Source: Yuukianura sp. NJ FZ-2021 (lineage: Eukaryota). Taken from it: DNA of 64,000 nt. The notes below the pieces were generated by a model. That model did no database searches. It saw nothing but the letters and a program-made list of their open reading frames with translations, and was not told the origin of the DNA. The DNA lies in assembly GCA_046563655.1 (NCBI GenBank), contig CM102289.1, forward strand, positions 2,108,001 to 2,172,000. The letters are read 5' to 3'. Numbering within the stretch: position 1 is the first letter of the stretch; each line of letters opens with the position of its first letter. The position numbers were made by a program, and so were the translations under genes. Of this stretch, positions 12,734 through 37,702 are shown piece after piece.

Positions 12734-14463
12734 TTACATCACGAAGACACGTTCAGCATCTGAATGCGAAAAGACTAATCCACTCCGAGGACAAATTACT
12801 TTCCCGCCATTAGTTCTGCCCATTTCCCTCAGCGACTTTGTGCCATAAACGTACCCACTGGGTAAAACCATCGGTGGATTGTGTTCGTTCAGAGGCTCTC
12901 CAGAAATGGCACAAACCAACTGAGAATGGGCACAGTGAGCATAAGGAAGAAGACTAGCCAATGTGGACAGAGGTTCTGAACAAACTGGACAGTTTGGATT
13001 CTTCGTCGTGGCACGGTAGCAGTTAGCAGTCTTGAGAGAAGCAAGTCCTGCCTGCACTACTGTTCCCAGCACTGAAGTTGGAGATAGTTGATAGATTCGG
13101 GAGTGATCAGATCGGAACCGGAAAATCAGCTCATCCCAACGATCGTCACATAGCAGGTCGTAATATGGATGAATAGCAGCTATGGATACAAAAAATAAAA
13201 AAAATAGCACTTATATTATGATTTTAATGTTTAGAGTTTAAAGTTAACTTACAATTTGTGGATCCAATTGGAAAAGCCAGCAGGCCCATGCATTTCTTGA
13301 TGGCATTGATGTGGTTGGGGTCTTGTCCTTCTGACAAATACTTCCGAGCATGCTTCACTGCTTCCAATCGTTTTCCCTTCCGAACCAACTCAACAAACTC
13401 TTGTACCCGAACTTCCATTTCCAAAGTGGAATGGATTTTGCGGAGTTTGGATTTGTTCTCATAGCACCAAATGACCATACGCTGGGTTTCGTGCTGTTTT
13501 AAAGATTCTTCAACCTCCCTAGCTGCTCCAAACACCTTACAAATAAAAAAGCAGATAGGTTTTAAGCAACGTTTTAAATTCTTCAACAATCAACATCCAA
13601 TTATTACTTCAACATTCGTGAGGTGTTGGACCGAGAGCGATTGTGCCAGAAGGGAAGCTGTATCGTACATTCCTTCCCGAAGCAAGTGATCCACCAACAT
13701 TCTGTTCAAGCGATTTCTCTTCCAGGCACCAGCAGAGCTACCACTGTTTGTGCTTGCGCTCTTTCTCCCTTCCCCTTCCATCAGTTGCTCTTGAAGCTCC
13801 GAGTCAAATTGCTTCAAGTGTTGAACTCGTTTCCGAATCATTTCAGCCGCTTCTAGCTCTTCCGAAATTGCTTCTCCTGCCTATGTAGAAACAAAAACGA
13901 CGTGTTGCCTTCAACCTGGTAATCATTTTAAAACTGTTTGCAATAGAAAGGAATGTACTGTGAGCATACCTTTCGCTTAAGTGTAGCCAGTCGTTCGACA
14001 AGAGTCCCGAGTAGTGCCGAAACTTCTCGAGCACTAACTTTTGGGCTTTGACATTCCATCACTTGAGAGGAAACGGAGGCTGTAACGTCAGTTTGTCCCT
14101 TGGAAGTATCGCCAGGCATTTCGCTACCTGTTCCGAAGTCGTCCGTCGTCATTCCGTCCACATTACCGTCAACAGATGACGTACGCCAATTTCCACTGGA
14201 CAAACAATTCTCAATTTCTATCCCCGTTTGAGCAACATGAGCTGCTTCACGATCAATTACTTTCTGCGAGCCCCGGAATCGCTTGTTCAGAACTTCATAC
14301 GGAACCTGAATGAACAAAGAAAATTGGGGATAAGTCTTACAGTTAAAGTCTCGACTTTCTTTTCGTAAAACTGTTACTGTATAAAAAACTATTTGCTTGT
14401 GTATTTAAAATTAGTTACCTTGAGAGTCGAGTGCTCCAAGCACTTGATATCATTCAAATCCAT
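12734..14463 (-). CDS. MAEA: E3 ubiquitin-protein transferase MAEA (CTLH complex, Gid9)
   Basis: MDLNDIKCLEHSTLKVPYEVLNKRFR..QKVIDRE; LisH (RLNRMLVDHLLREGMYDTA); CTLH (WCYENKSKLRKIHSTLE); C-terminus LPYAHCAHSQLVCAISGEPLNEHNPPMVLPSG..VICPRSG..AERVFVM. Confidence 0.95.
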
Positions 14464-15536
14464 TGAATTGTCAGCAACAATACCCTACTGTATTCTCGTA
14501 ACGTATACCAGGATTTTGTATACTAATGAGGAAGTGCCGTTGACCTCGCTTGTGTACTTATTTGTCTTGACCAAATTCCCTGGATGATGACGATGATCAA
14601 CATATGATCCAACTCCATGAACTAGATGGGTAGGGTGTGACTATTCGCCAGAGTTGTACCAACGTAATCCTCGTAATACTCCGGGTTGACGTAATCCTGA
14701 ACGGGCCTCCCTGTAACCCACTGATGCAGATTACTTACTATTTGAGTGCTCGGTTTACTAAAAGCTACTTAATTATTTCGATTTGTCCGTCATCCGTCAT
14801 ATCCATCCACACAGGCCGAAGTTTTCAGAGCTTTTTTTTTTTAATATAAAATTATCATTTCCAATTATATTTCCAAATATAATTTCCACATAAAATTGAA
14901 ATTTGGAATTTTGCTTATTTATACTCTAAACTTCCACATAAGCGTTTTGAAATTTAAATTATTTCATTTCCAAATCGAACATCGTCTCGTACACTTTTTA
15001 GTATTGAGCCAGTTTGTTGAAATATTTGGAAAACTACAAGAAAATTAGCAGTAAAGCGGAGTGCACATGGAACATTAATACATTTTATAAATGTTGAAGT
15101 TTGGGCAACTTCTACACGATGTTGTAGTGCTATACCATTTCACTCGATTCCTTTCTATCAGTTGAATTTTGGTGTAGTTTTAATTATTTTGTTTAATATA
15201 ATTTATAATTAATAGTTAATAAATAATAGTTTTAATTTAATTACTGAGTAATTTTTGGAACCTATTTTTAATAGTAAGGAAGTCCAATTTAGGAACGTTT
15301 AAATGCCTCTTAAACAGGAGAAATTAGGACAATGTTAGTTTAGTGCATATAATAAAAAACTTTTAGTACTCCTAACTTCCAAGTACTACGTGCCAACACC
15401 CGGGCTAAGGCTAGGTTACGTTGAGTGGGTCATTTACTAATCCTGACTATCATAAATTTGAAGTACAGCGGAAAACCTTTGACAGCATTTTTTTTGGAAA
15501 AACAAGTGAAACGTGGCAATCATTTCAAAATTTGAA

Positions 15537-18405
15537 ATGTGGTTGCTAGTGGCACTGCTGCTGGTAATCCCAGAAATTCTATCTGCTCCCTCTATGCCGA
15601 CGGGGTCAAAATCCATGCCAAATTTGATAGAAGAAGCGGAGAGGTTGCTGGTACAAATCGATCAAAAATTGGATTCTTTTGACGTTAAACTCTTTTCAGA
15701 AGACGCGTCTCCATTAGGCGCTCTTAATCTGCGTCCTGGTAAATCTAAAAAATAATTAGTAAAATTAATTGAATTTGAAATAAATTTTGAAAACGAATTT
15801 AGCTCCCTTTCCATTTACGCCGGATTTTGCTGTGAAGCATTTGAATATTGACGAGCATGGGCAAGTTGTAGCTGAAGACGGCCTTATTAGCACTGCTGAT
15901 TTAGAGCTTCTGCGCAACATTTCCAGTTCTATTTTCGTCGATCCAGACTCCGATGCCGTACTACGCATAAAACAACATCCGAACTCAGATGAGTTCACCT
16001 TGGTACAAAAGCTTTCTTTTTTAAAAATTTATAAAAACTTTTTTAAATACTTAAATTTCGTCACTAAATTTTACAGGAAGGAATTATCAACGACCAGAGA
16101 GTGTCATGGGACCTAGACGACTCGGATTTTTCAATCCGACATTTTCTGCACTCAACCAATCAGAATAGAAAGCGTCGCTCAGATGGGGACGAATCAACGA
16201 CTGCCGCACCAGATCATCACGTCGACACCGGTACACGACCATAACCTAACATTATACAACAAAATATATTATACTATATTGTATTTAATGTGTAATAATA
16301 TATAAAGTATGTTAATTTTTCTGTTTCCAGTTGACGAACACCGACCGCTGATTGCTGGTAGAGCTCCTCCAGGCACCACGGTTACGGCCAATCCCGACCT
16401 AATATTTCTCTTTGACTTTGAGAATTCTAAACTATTCAACTGGGATGAGCGCAAACTTACCGAGTATGCATCCATCTACATCAATGCTGTTAACATGCGG
16501 TTTCTAACCATTCCCGATCCTAAAATATCGTTTTCGTTGGCCAAAATTTACACCACCGCGGTAAATGCAAACATTTAAATATTTAAAATACATTAGTAAT
16601 TAATGTATATGACGTGATGCTAGACGAAAGACATGGAGAGGCACTACGACAAAGCGAGGGATTTTATGGGGCAGCACTACGTAGCTGCGAAGTTGCTAGA
16701 GGCCTTCAGTTACTGGGCTTTTGAAAATGCCAACGTGGTGGGGAAACATGACATTTTGACTATACTGACCGCCGTTCCATTTGAAGGTCAAACAGCCGGA
16801 ATCGCCTACATTGAAGCCGCATGCTGGAGTCAGAAAAGCGTCGCAGAAAAGCGAGACATGTCAGTCGCTCTTATTCACGATGAAGGTGGAATCTGGAATT
16901 CAGTCGCCACTGTCACACACGAATTGGCGCATTCGTAAAATTTTGAACAATTTTAACAATATACTTCCACATAATAGTAGTATAAGCATAGTGATAATAG
17001 AAATAATTTTCATAACAAAGGATCGGCGTTCCACACGACGGAGATGGCAAGTCGGGCACTTGTCCGTGGTCAGAGGGACACATGGTAACAGGAGACATAA
17101 AAATTTGACCCTTTTTTGAATTTTTGACTAAATTTTTTTCCAAAAATGTTGGAAATTTATAGATGAGTTACGAGGGCTGGGGGACGTTGAACAAGTTGAA
17201 ATTTTCACCGTGCAGTCACAAGGCCATGCGAGATTTTATTGTGTCCAGTGGCGGAACATGTCTTAGTCCAAACTCACGGCTTGAGAATAAGTTGAGCTCA
17301 ACTGACCCGCTGGGCAAACGAATGTCCATGTTAGAGTTGTGCAAAAAATTGACCAAGAGAGCTGACGCCATAGTCCAGGACTGGGACGCAGACGAGCAAT
17401 GTCGTATGCTCAGATGTCAATATTCTAATGGGAATAGCATCGCGACACAAACGATTCCTACTCTGATTGGTGACGAAGCTGACTGCGGCAAAGGCGGAGT
17501 CGGGGTAAGTATTATAGCGTACTGAGGGAACAGTACGACTACTGAAAGTGTCAATCCCAGAGCAGTCAGGTAGCTCAGTCGACAGAACTCCACGCAATTG
17601 GGAAAAGGCGTGGGTTCGATTCCCACTCAGTCCAATATACTTTTCTCATGGCATTGGCACAAAGAGAGATAGGGTAGGTGATTACTTAAGACAAGGTTGC
17701 TATAGCGCCCATTTCAACAAATGCGCTAAAAGGTTTTGCCATAACTACGGTTTAAAAAAAATTGTTTGTTTTTAATTTTTTCTGCGATTGACCTCTCGCC
17801 ATGTGAATCAAATGGGATTCGTATGAAACTCGTACCTAAGGTGTTTCTTATTGTTTTTTTTTTTTTGAAAATCGGAGTTATGACATAACCTCTTTACGCC
17901 ATTTGTATAAATGGTTGCTATAGCAACCTTGACTTAAGAGGAACGAAGCAGGATTCCGTTCCGTTCCAGTATAACGCCAACACTTTTAGTTTTCAAATTT
18001 GGCGGGAAATATTTCTGACCTTTGGCGTTTGTTGACCTTAGAAATGCAGAGAAGGTATGTGTGTGGGTTATCAACAAAAACTGATCGTGAGCCAGGAGGA
18101 CAAAGACAAAGCTTGTAAGGAGGCGATGTCCCATCCGAATGCAGTTTCCATCGACGCTTTCGACTTGCCAGCGGATTTGCAGTGTTTTACACTCAAATGC
18201 AAAGTTACAATGCCAAATGGAAGTTGGTCGATGCAACCAGTCCCTGTGTTCCTTGGTAACGGAGTTCCGTGTAATCGAGTTGGGGTAATTTTCACATTGG
18301 CACATTCATAATCCTAATCTTCAGTTCCAATGTTGAAGTTCCAATTAATTTTCTTTTAATTTTCAGACATGCAAATCCGGAAAGTGTGTTATGGGCTTTG
18401 GTTAA
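15537..18405 (+). CDS. Secreted reprolysin (M12B) metalloprotease, ADAMTS/venom-metalloproteinase-like, with two Cys-rich C-terminal repeats
   Basis: Signal peptide MWLLVALLLVIPEILSA; furin site RKRR near 16170; GIAYIEAAC; zinc motif HELAHS|IGVPHD split by an intron; Met-turn HM|MS; FSPCS; two ADAM-CR-like modules. Confidence 0.88.
17563..17633 (+). repeat. tRNA-derived (SINE-head-like) sequence in an intron
   Basis: A-box TAGCTCAGTCG and B-box GGTTCGATTCCC at tRNA spacing; no convincing cloverleaf. Confidence 0.55.
17690..17933. mobile_element. TTAA-target MITE (Kolobok- or piggyBac-type)
   Basis: TTAA on both sides; TIRs GACAAGGTTGCTATAGCGCCCATTT / AAATGGTTGCTATAGCAACCTTGAC. Confidence 0.75.
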
Positions 18406-18587
18406 CTTGTTATAATCACACAGCAACTGAAAAATTTCCAAGGATGTGAACTCTAAAATACAACCTATTAAATTATTCAATAAATTGTAATTTGACCTTT
18501 GACATCGGTGCTGTCTAAATTGAATTTGAAGTTGAAAATTTGAAAAGACGGAACACATTTTATTCAATTTTTGAGTTAGCAAACTTT

Positions 18588-24029
<5,442 letters not shown>

Positions 24030-24633
24030 TTTGGTACGAAGTTAACGCCAAATGCAAACAATTTGTTTAAAAAATTCAGGTTGGTCTCTGTTACATTGTA
24101 AAAGTTGTGTACAAACAGTATTAGTAGTTGTATTCAGGAGAAAGTATTCCAGATAGTGAAGATGGATTCACTTTCTCTTCCGCATCTCTTCCTCTTCCAC
24201 ATCGATCCAGGGGCAGAGATCACACGGAGTCTGATCAGGACCAGGAACAAAAAAAAAACAGAACTTTCACTAGCCTCTTCCCATGTCCAGCAATAAACAA
24301 AGTCACCCAATCTTTGAAAAAAAAAACTTGCATCTTGGAGTTTAAATTTCGAAAAACTAATTTTAAGCTCAACTTTTAACCAATTTTATACTTACTTTTT
24401 TAAAATTACTTAACGATTACGATTACACACTTTATACCAATAAATAGTAAAGTGAATTATAAAACTTAGTCTTGAGCAACTCCGTTGTTTTTGTATTGAA
24501 AGGCTTAAACGAGACTTGCTTATTGACACGGTTTCACTTCTGAAGTCACTAGAGTAGAAAACAGACAAGATTAACGAACTAATCTTCCAAAGTCATAGAA
24601 TTTGACGAATGTAATGCCAGAAATTGATTACTA

Positions 24634-26734
24634 CTACTCACATAATTCTTTGACAACTTCGCCCACATCTTGGTGTTTCCGGTCCCGTATTCCCTTAGCT
24701 TTCAAAAACCATTGGTCCCTGCCCTTGATAGAAATAAAGCAGAAATTAATTACATACAACAGGCATTAAACACGAGAAAAATGAGTAGAATGTTCAATTA
24801 GTACTTGGAAGTTGATTTTGCAATTGAATTTAGCTGGAAAAGGTTTCCGAGAGATCATATCATAGGCTGTGTCGATCACCCGTTGACTCCAATTTGTTTG
24901 TGGTAAAATACTGTCCAGTCCACACCAAATGGCTTGACCTTTTAGTTCATGTGCGATGTACTTGCGTAGAAAACGAAGTTGTGATAGCTGGACATTAATG
25001 AATTCGCCATGATCCAGTAGAAATACCTACAAAAAGTAAAACAAAAATAGAAATACATAGAGCTTTAGTGATTTAAATTTTTGAGAATGATATATAGTTC
25101 ATCATCACTTACTCTATGAGTACCGTCGAATCGTTTCTCGACATATTGGCATCGGAAGTATTCGGTATTCTCACCACTATTCCTGACAACAACCAAGTAC
25201 AGACCGTGGCGAAACTCAAAGTTGGCGTTGATTGATATCTCCTTAGCCGATGTGATGTCTAGCACTTCGTAAGCGGACCTAAAAATCGAATGAGAATCAG
25301 ATTCAGAATACTCTCATAAATCAAAATGTTAAACTCAATGTGCCAGTGCTTAACTTAAAAAAGTTAGAGTCGTTCTTACGTTAATTCCTTTTGAAATTTT
25401 TGTAGTTGATCCCAGTTTTGTCGTAGTGCGACATAGAAATCCATTGGTGTCATGTAGTTGAGTAACACGCAGAGAAAATCTTGTCGTCTTCTATTACTCT
25501 CAGTAGAGTCCATCCATTCCGAGACTGTCTCCATCCTGTCACCGAATTGCATGCAGTCCTTCGGAATCCCAGTCCCAGTACATCCCGCTCCAACTTTGGA
25601 AAACATTTGCTTGGCCAATGGTTGGACAGGAATTAGTTCTTTTCTTGGCATGACAGGGTCTCGTGTTTGACTGGTTTTGACGCATTTAGCCTGCAGAGTC
25701 CTCTGTTCGCGTTCTTTGGTGACAATATGGTGGCTATCACCTGAGAGAAATAAGTCACTGGAACTCAAGATTCCAATTTGGGTGGAGGGAGAAGTCTTGA
25801 TGATTGTTGATAGAAACTGTTGAATACTTTGAAATCCCCAGCCTTTTACGCGGTGCAGTGTGATCTCCAAACCAAACAAATCTAGGAAATGTTTCATAGC
25901 GGTGTGGAGCGGAAGTTGGTCCACTCGTGGATTCAAGGCAAAGAAAATACATTCCAGCTTGTGCAGAATGTTTCCAAAAAGAAACTGCGGGGCGGCGATG
26001 AGTCCGAATTCCTTCGAAGAGAGAACTGGCAACTGCGGGTTTTTGTCCCCGTGTACTTCCGATGCTACTGAGGATGAACCACGTTCCTCGGTGACATTTT
26101 TCGTTGGTAAACGTCTGCAGAACGTCTGATCTTTGCCACCCGCAATGCAGCCTACTCGTTGTAAATCCGGCGGACTACTTGGAGTCCTGGGAGACTTATT
26201 ATGCTGGAGCTGAGTGCTTTGTGGATTCGTGGGAACTCGATTACACCACGGCAGAAGAAATGGTAGGATTGACGTCGTGTCATTGTGCAGCCCTTGGTAT
26301 ATTTCCAACTCTTCCTCGCTGAAATGATCACTCAGCGCAGGTACTGCTTCTGGTGGAGTTCGATAGGTTGGGTCAATAAGTTTCTGGCCGGATAAGTATC
26401 GACTGCGGATGATTTGCTTCTCTTCCTGAATCCACTCTTCAATTTGTTCCAGTCGATCTTCTTTATACGTAGCAAAGACTCTAGAGTAGGAACGAGAAGA
26501 AGTATCCAATTGACCATAAATCAAAGTAAGTTCTTTTTGAAGGATTACATCTGTGTAGAATTCCAGTGAGAGCCATGGAGATAGTTTTCCTTGTATCCGA
26601 TGCTCAATTCTCGTCAGCCTCTCTCGATTGTTTTGAATTTTCAAGTACAGATTGAATTGTGAATAGTCAAATGCACAGCTAGAAGACTTTCCAGTCGCAG
26701 GAACGGACGAAGACTCATTGGACTCAATGTGCAT
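24634..26734 (-). CDS. Divergent LOTUS (OST-HTH) plus extended Tudor protein, TDRD5/Tejas-like
   Basis: Large first exon contains LOTUS-like HFLDLFGLEITLHRVKGWGFQSIQQFLSTI and eTudor start NYMTPMDFYVALRQNWDQLQKFQKEL; following exons give YFRCQY..HR|VFLLDHGEFINVQLSQLRFL..ELKGQAIWCGL. Confidence 0.6.
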
Positions 26735-28259
26735 ATTTTATGACTCGGTCCCTGTTAATCTCTTAAATTTAAGTTAACTGTGACAACAATCGGAAATAAG
26801 GCTAGAAGCTGACAAAGAGAGTGAGTTCTACTTCAGGCACGTTTAATTTTAATTAATTGTGTGTAAACGAAAATTATCATTGAAAACGTAAAAATAGGAA
26901 AAGACGAGAGTTGTTATTTTCGAATGTAAACACAAAACATGTGTTGGATTCCTAATTTGGTTAACGTTAGGTTTAGCTACACCATTTGTATACACAAACT
27001 TTATTCAGTTTGTGACTACAGTTACTGATGGTTAAACAATGCGGTTGCTTATGTTGCCACTTTACGTTAGGTTTGCGTAGGCATAGGCGGTAAAAGCCGC
27101 TACAAATGTAGCCACACAGATGTAGCCATTTAACTGGCAGGTGCCTAAACTTTACGGATACAAGAACGATCCTCATCCAAATGTCAACCGAAAAAAATGA
27201 GGCGGGGGTCTGACTATTCCGCAGATATGCTGATTTATTCGGCCAATTGACTGACGCTGTCATATAATCAGTGACACTAATCATATCAATACTAATTCAT
27301 GGGTAGTTAATTAATTATTACTCTGCGCTTCGATTACTAAATTAAGTTCAGTCGAATTCTTAAATCTTTTTGTTTAGACTGAACGAGAAAAAGTTCAATT
27401 GTCGCATTAGAGGTGTTTCTTGTAACAAATTGTTTTTCATTACAATAATATTGCAGGAGACAACTAAACAACTATGATGAATGTCGAGAAGGGCATTACA
27501 AACGTAATCAGCATAGATTGACACTTGGAGGTCAATGTAAATAAACCTTGCAAATCACGAATATACGAAAGTAGCACAGGCGAAGAGGTAGGTTTGGGAG
27601 GAAATTGGACGGAATTATGCAGAACTGTCCCGACACGTTACGTCTTCAAAAGAATGTGGTAGAAACGCCATAAAATTTAGTTGAATTTTGATTAGAAATC
27701 TTTTTACTTTTAGCACAATAGTCAGCGTAACGAGTTACTTGGAGTAGGTTCAAAATTTTCAAAATTATGAAAAAGTCTCCGAGAGAAAGTGCCTGGTTGC
27801 TTTCGAAATTGTTCTTTTGGTAAGTTGCACTTCCAAACTAAAGTTTTGTGAACCCTTCAAGGTTTTCTGTATAGCAGCACTTGAGATGCACCGGAAGTGA
27901 CATTTTCAAATATTGTTCCTTTAAACTCTTTGAATTATTTTCCAGCATCTTGGGAATTCGAAAATTAACTTAACTTTTCATAACTGTTCATGTAGTTGGG
28001 TCGGTGACATTCTATGGTTAGGATCCAAACGTGATTTGGAATTGGACGAAAAAATTTTTCCACTGACTTTATTGCATGAGATAACCGGTATTAAACAACA
28101 ATGAATATCGAGGAGAGCATTGCAAGCATAATCAACATAGTTTGACACTCGGAGGTCAATGTAAATAAACTGGTTGCAAACCACGCGTAAGAAAGTAGCT
28201 GATGCGGGAAAGTAGTTTTGGGAGGACGAAATTATGTAGAACTGCCCGACACTTAATTA

Positions 28260-28343
28260 GAGGGAACATTCCAAACCTGTCATCAAGAAATAACTGAAAC
28301 TTGAAATAATAAAAACTTGACGACAGTTCTGGAATGTTTCCTC
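28260..28343. mobile_element. Short inverted-repeat (MITE-like) insertion
   Basis: GAGGGAACATTCCAAACCTGTCATCAAG versus CTTGACGACAGTTCTGGAATGTTTCCTC; absent from the upstream duplicate. Confidence 0.6.
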
Positions 28344-28513
28344 AGACTGTCTTCCTCCACATGAGAAAAAATGTAAATTCTGCAATAGAATGTCAATTAA
28401 CCTGGCAGAAGGAACATAAAATTGAATTAGTTAAGCTCTCATTTGACAGTTTTTTACTTTTAGCACAATAGTCAGCAGAGTCACCTTAAGTAGGTTCAAA
28501 ATTTTTCAAAATT

Positions 28514-34939
<6,426 letters not shown>

Positions 34940-35211
34940 AGGTACACGACAATGACAAACGCTCGCTAAATTGCTGCTATGATTTTTGTAAATCACAAAT
35001 ATTTCGTTCGGAAAACGATACATTAGGAATTGACAGAGGTTTAAGTTTAATTAATTATTGTGTATAAAGAAAAATTATAGTGGAAATGGAAAAGTAAAAA
35101 ATCGATCTGAAAGTTTTCCTTTCTAACTAATTACTCTGCCCGTTTCCTTACAAAGTTAATTTCAGTCAAATAGTCACAAAATTCTTTGAGCTCAGCAAAA
35201 AAAAAAAAAAT

Positions 35212-36449
35212 TCAGCGCTTGGATTTGACCTTGCCTGGTTTCTGCTTCGGCGCAAATGGGCACAGTTTATTGGCGAGACAAGTAGGGCACTTCGGATTAG
35301 TCGGAGTGCAAATCGTTTGTCCGAATCCAACTAAAAGAATGTTAAAATCCGGCCATAGTTCTGACGGTAGCCAGGTTTCGAGAGCATTTCGCGTTTGTTC
35401 TGGAGTTTTTGTTCCTTTGGGTCCAGCCCATCCGAGACGATTTGAGATTCGATGAACATGAGTGTCGACTCCTAAAGGAGAAAGAATAGTTTTGATGTTG
35501 AATTTTATGTTTTTACAAAATACTCAACGTACCTATTCCGCTGTGTTTTCCCCAAGCCACAGAGAGAGCAATATACCCCATTTTGGGTCCCACTCCGGGT
35601 AAAGCACAAAGCTCCTCAATTGTCTCCGGAATGTCATCGTTGTACTGTGATCGAAGTATCTCTGTTGCTCGCTTGACATAACTTGCCTTCTTCTTCCAGA
35701 AACCGACAGGGATCAACATCTTACCAAGTGTAGCTTCATCCATGTCCAAAATGCTCTGTACAGTAAGGCCGTGCTCCTTGAGTCGCCCCATTGCAGCGAA
35801 ATTGACCTCGTCCTTAGTCTGGCTCGACAACATTAGACTCACAAGTGCTTGATATCTCCGTACCTATAAACAAAACAAATTTTTCCTCTGTCAGTAAGGT
35901 AAAACCAATCAAGTAAGTAGTTAAACTTACCTTTGGCTCTACGTTTTCCTCCATGGTCCGCTCACATCCCATACTGTCTACCGGTGCATCTCGATTAGCT
36001 CGCATGGTTCTGATCAATTCAAGCGTCTTTTCCCAGTTCGCAGGAACCCATTTCGGTTTTTTCCCTAAATCTTCCATGTCTGGTACGGGCTGTGCAGGTA
36101 TCGGTTTAGGAGGATTCATTTGGTTAACCGGAATAGAGAACTGAGGATGCGGAATAGGATTGACAGGATTCTGCAACATCGGCCTTGATTCAGGAATTTC
36201 GACAACCGGCAACGTATTCCCTTGCGTACCGTCAGATGCACCTAGTATACTGCTCGCGATTCTCTTTGTCTTCAGTACTTGCCGAACCCGTTTCGGTGGT
36301 AACTTTTCGCTGTTACTTTCATTGGTGTTAGTCGTAGTGCCAGTGCCAGTATCTTCCTCTTTCCCAATGCAAATACCATGGCCGACGTCAGGAACTGTTA
36401 CTGTTGCTACTTTAATACCTCTACTTCGAGTGACACGCTGACTTGACAT
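35212..36449 (-). CDS. NTHL1: Endonuclease III-like protein 1 (HhH-GPD glycosylase/AP lyase with 4Fe-4S cluster)
   Basis: [20 protein letters not shown], Hh[28 protein letters not shown], FeS motif [17 protein letters not shown]. Confidence 0.95.
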
Positions 36450-36603
36450 GGTGACCCCCGCCTTAACAAGGGTTCTACAAAATACAAGATTAAACCTCAG
36501 TTTAATTAAATTATTATTAATTAAATGACTAAAATATTTAATTTAACCCCTTCTTCTAGACTTATAAGACTTATGGACGACTGGACGAGCCCTTTGTTTA
36601 CGC

Positions 36604-36954
36604 CAGAGTTCGGCACTTCTGCTGCGCTCCCAAACACGCGATCCCCGATCTTCTGGCCTTACCCCGCGATCTTACCCGCTGCGATCCCCGATCTTTGAGC
36701 CTACCCCGCGATCTGACCCGATCCAGTCAGGGGAGAGAAGGATCGCTGCTTCCGATCCCCGATCCCCATGCTGTTAACATTAGGAGCGGGGATCGGGATC
36801 GCAAGAAGATCGCAAAATACCTTGCGCTCCTTCGCATCCGATCCCCGATCTTTTTCAAAAGATCGGGGAGCGGCGCTCCCCGTTCCCAAAAGTGGGATCG
36901 GAGATTGGGGATCGCGGGATCGCTGTGCAGGGATCGCGTAAGTGCCGAACTATG
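36604..36954. mobile_element. Non-autonomous hAT MITE
   Basis: Perfect 8-bp TSD GTTTACGC; TIRs CAGAGTTCGGCACTT / AAGTGCCGAACTATG; many GATCCCC/GGGATC subterminal repeats. Confidence 0.9.
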
Positions 36955-37070
36955 GTTTACGCTGAAAGAATATAGGCAAGGCAGTGGGTTCCGTCAAAAG
37001 GATTCAAGTAAACCTAACTTGTAGGCATTGTAACCACGTAATTTAACTACAGCCAGAGCCAGTCAGAATA

Positions 37071-37304
37071 CAGTCGAGTTTCCCTTTTATTCCATTTGCC
37101 AAATACAAAACAAAATACAATTGAGAAGTACAAAACTCGCACCCGTACATTGGCGGTGAACTGGCAAAATGAAACGCCAAATGGCAAATTGGGGAATTGC
37201 CAATGACAATTTGACTTCAGACTCATGTAATTTTCTAACCCCAGTGTAGTCCAATTGCAATTTGTTTTGTATTTGGCAAATGGAATAAAAGGGAAACTCG
37301 ACTG
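37071..37304. mobile_element. pogo/Tigger-type (Tc1/mariner) MITE
   Basis: TA TSD; long near-perfect TIRs CAGTCGAGTTTCCCTTTTATTCCATTTGCCAAATACAAAACAAAAT. Confidence 0.88.
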
Positions 37305-37391
37305 TATTTGTGATTTGACAGGTGATTTTTCTTTTAAAAAAAACCCAACCTGTAATAACATTTGTAGCCACCCATTTTAATCATAGGTAAG

Positions 37392-37702
37392 CAGTGTTGG
37401 TGGATGCTTAAACATCCAGTGGCTTAAATGCCACTTCCACCGGATATCCACTGGAAGAAATATGGTCCTACTGGACAGCGGATGAAAGAACTCAGCTGAG
37501 TTTAAAAAATAAGCGCGAATTTCAATTTTATTTTAATTAAATATTTTAACATAATTTAATTTACTACATATTTAAATTGCTTTTGCTTGATTGGTTTTTT
37601 TTATTTGTAATTTTGTTATTAGAACGCTCCATTTCTTCCATTTCTTCCACTGGGTATCCAGCCGTGGACGAAATGTCGAAAAAGTGGTATCCAGCAACAC
37701 AG
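37392..37702. mobile_element. Older degenerate hAT-like MITE
   Basis: Ends CAGTGTTGGTGGAT / ATCCAGCAACACAG; 8-bp flanks TAGGTAAG/TTGGTACG (6 of 8 match). Confidence 0.55.

Noticed and set aside
36604..36954. GATC-rich repeats and ORF 36695-37024 as a CRISPR-like array or gene
   Set aside because: No repeat-spacer periodicity; TIRs and an 8-bp TSD explain it as a hAT MITE
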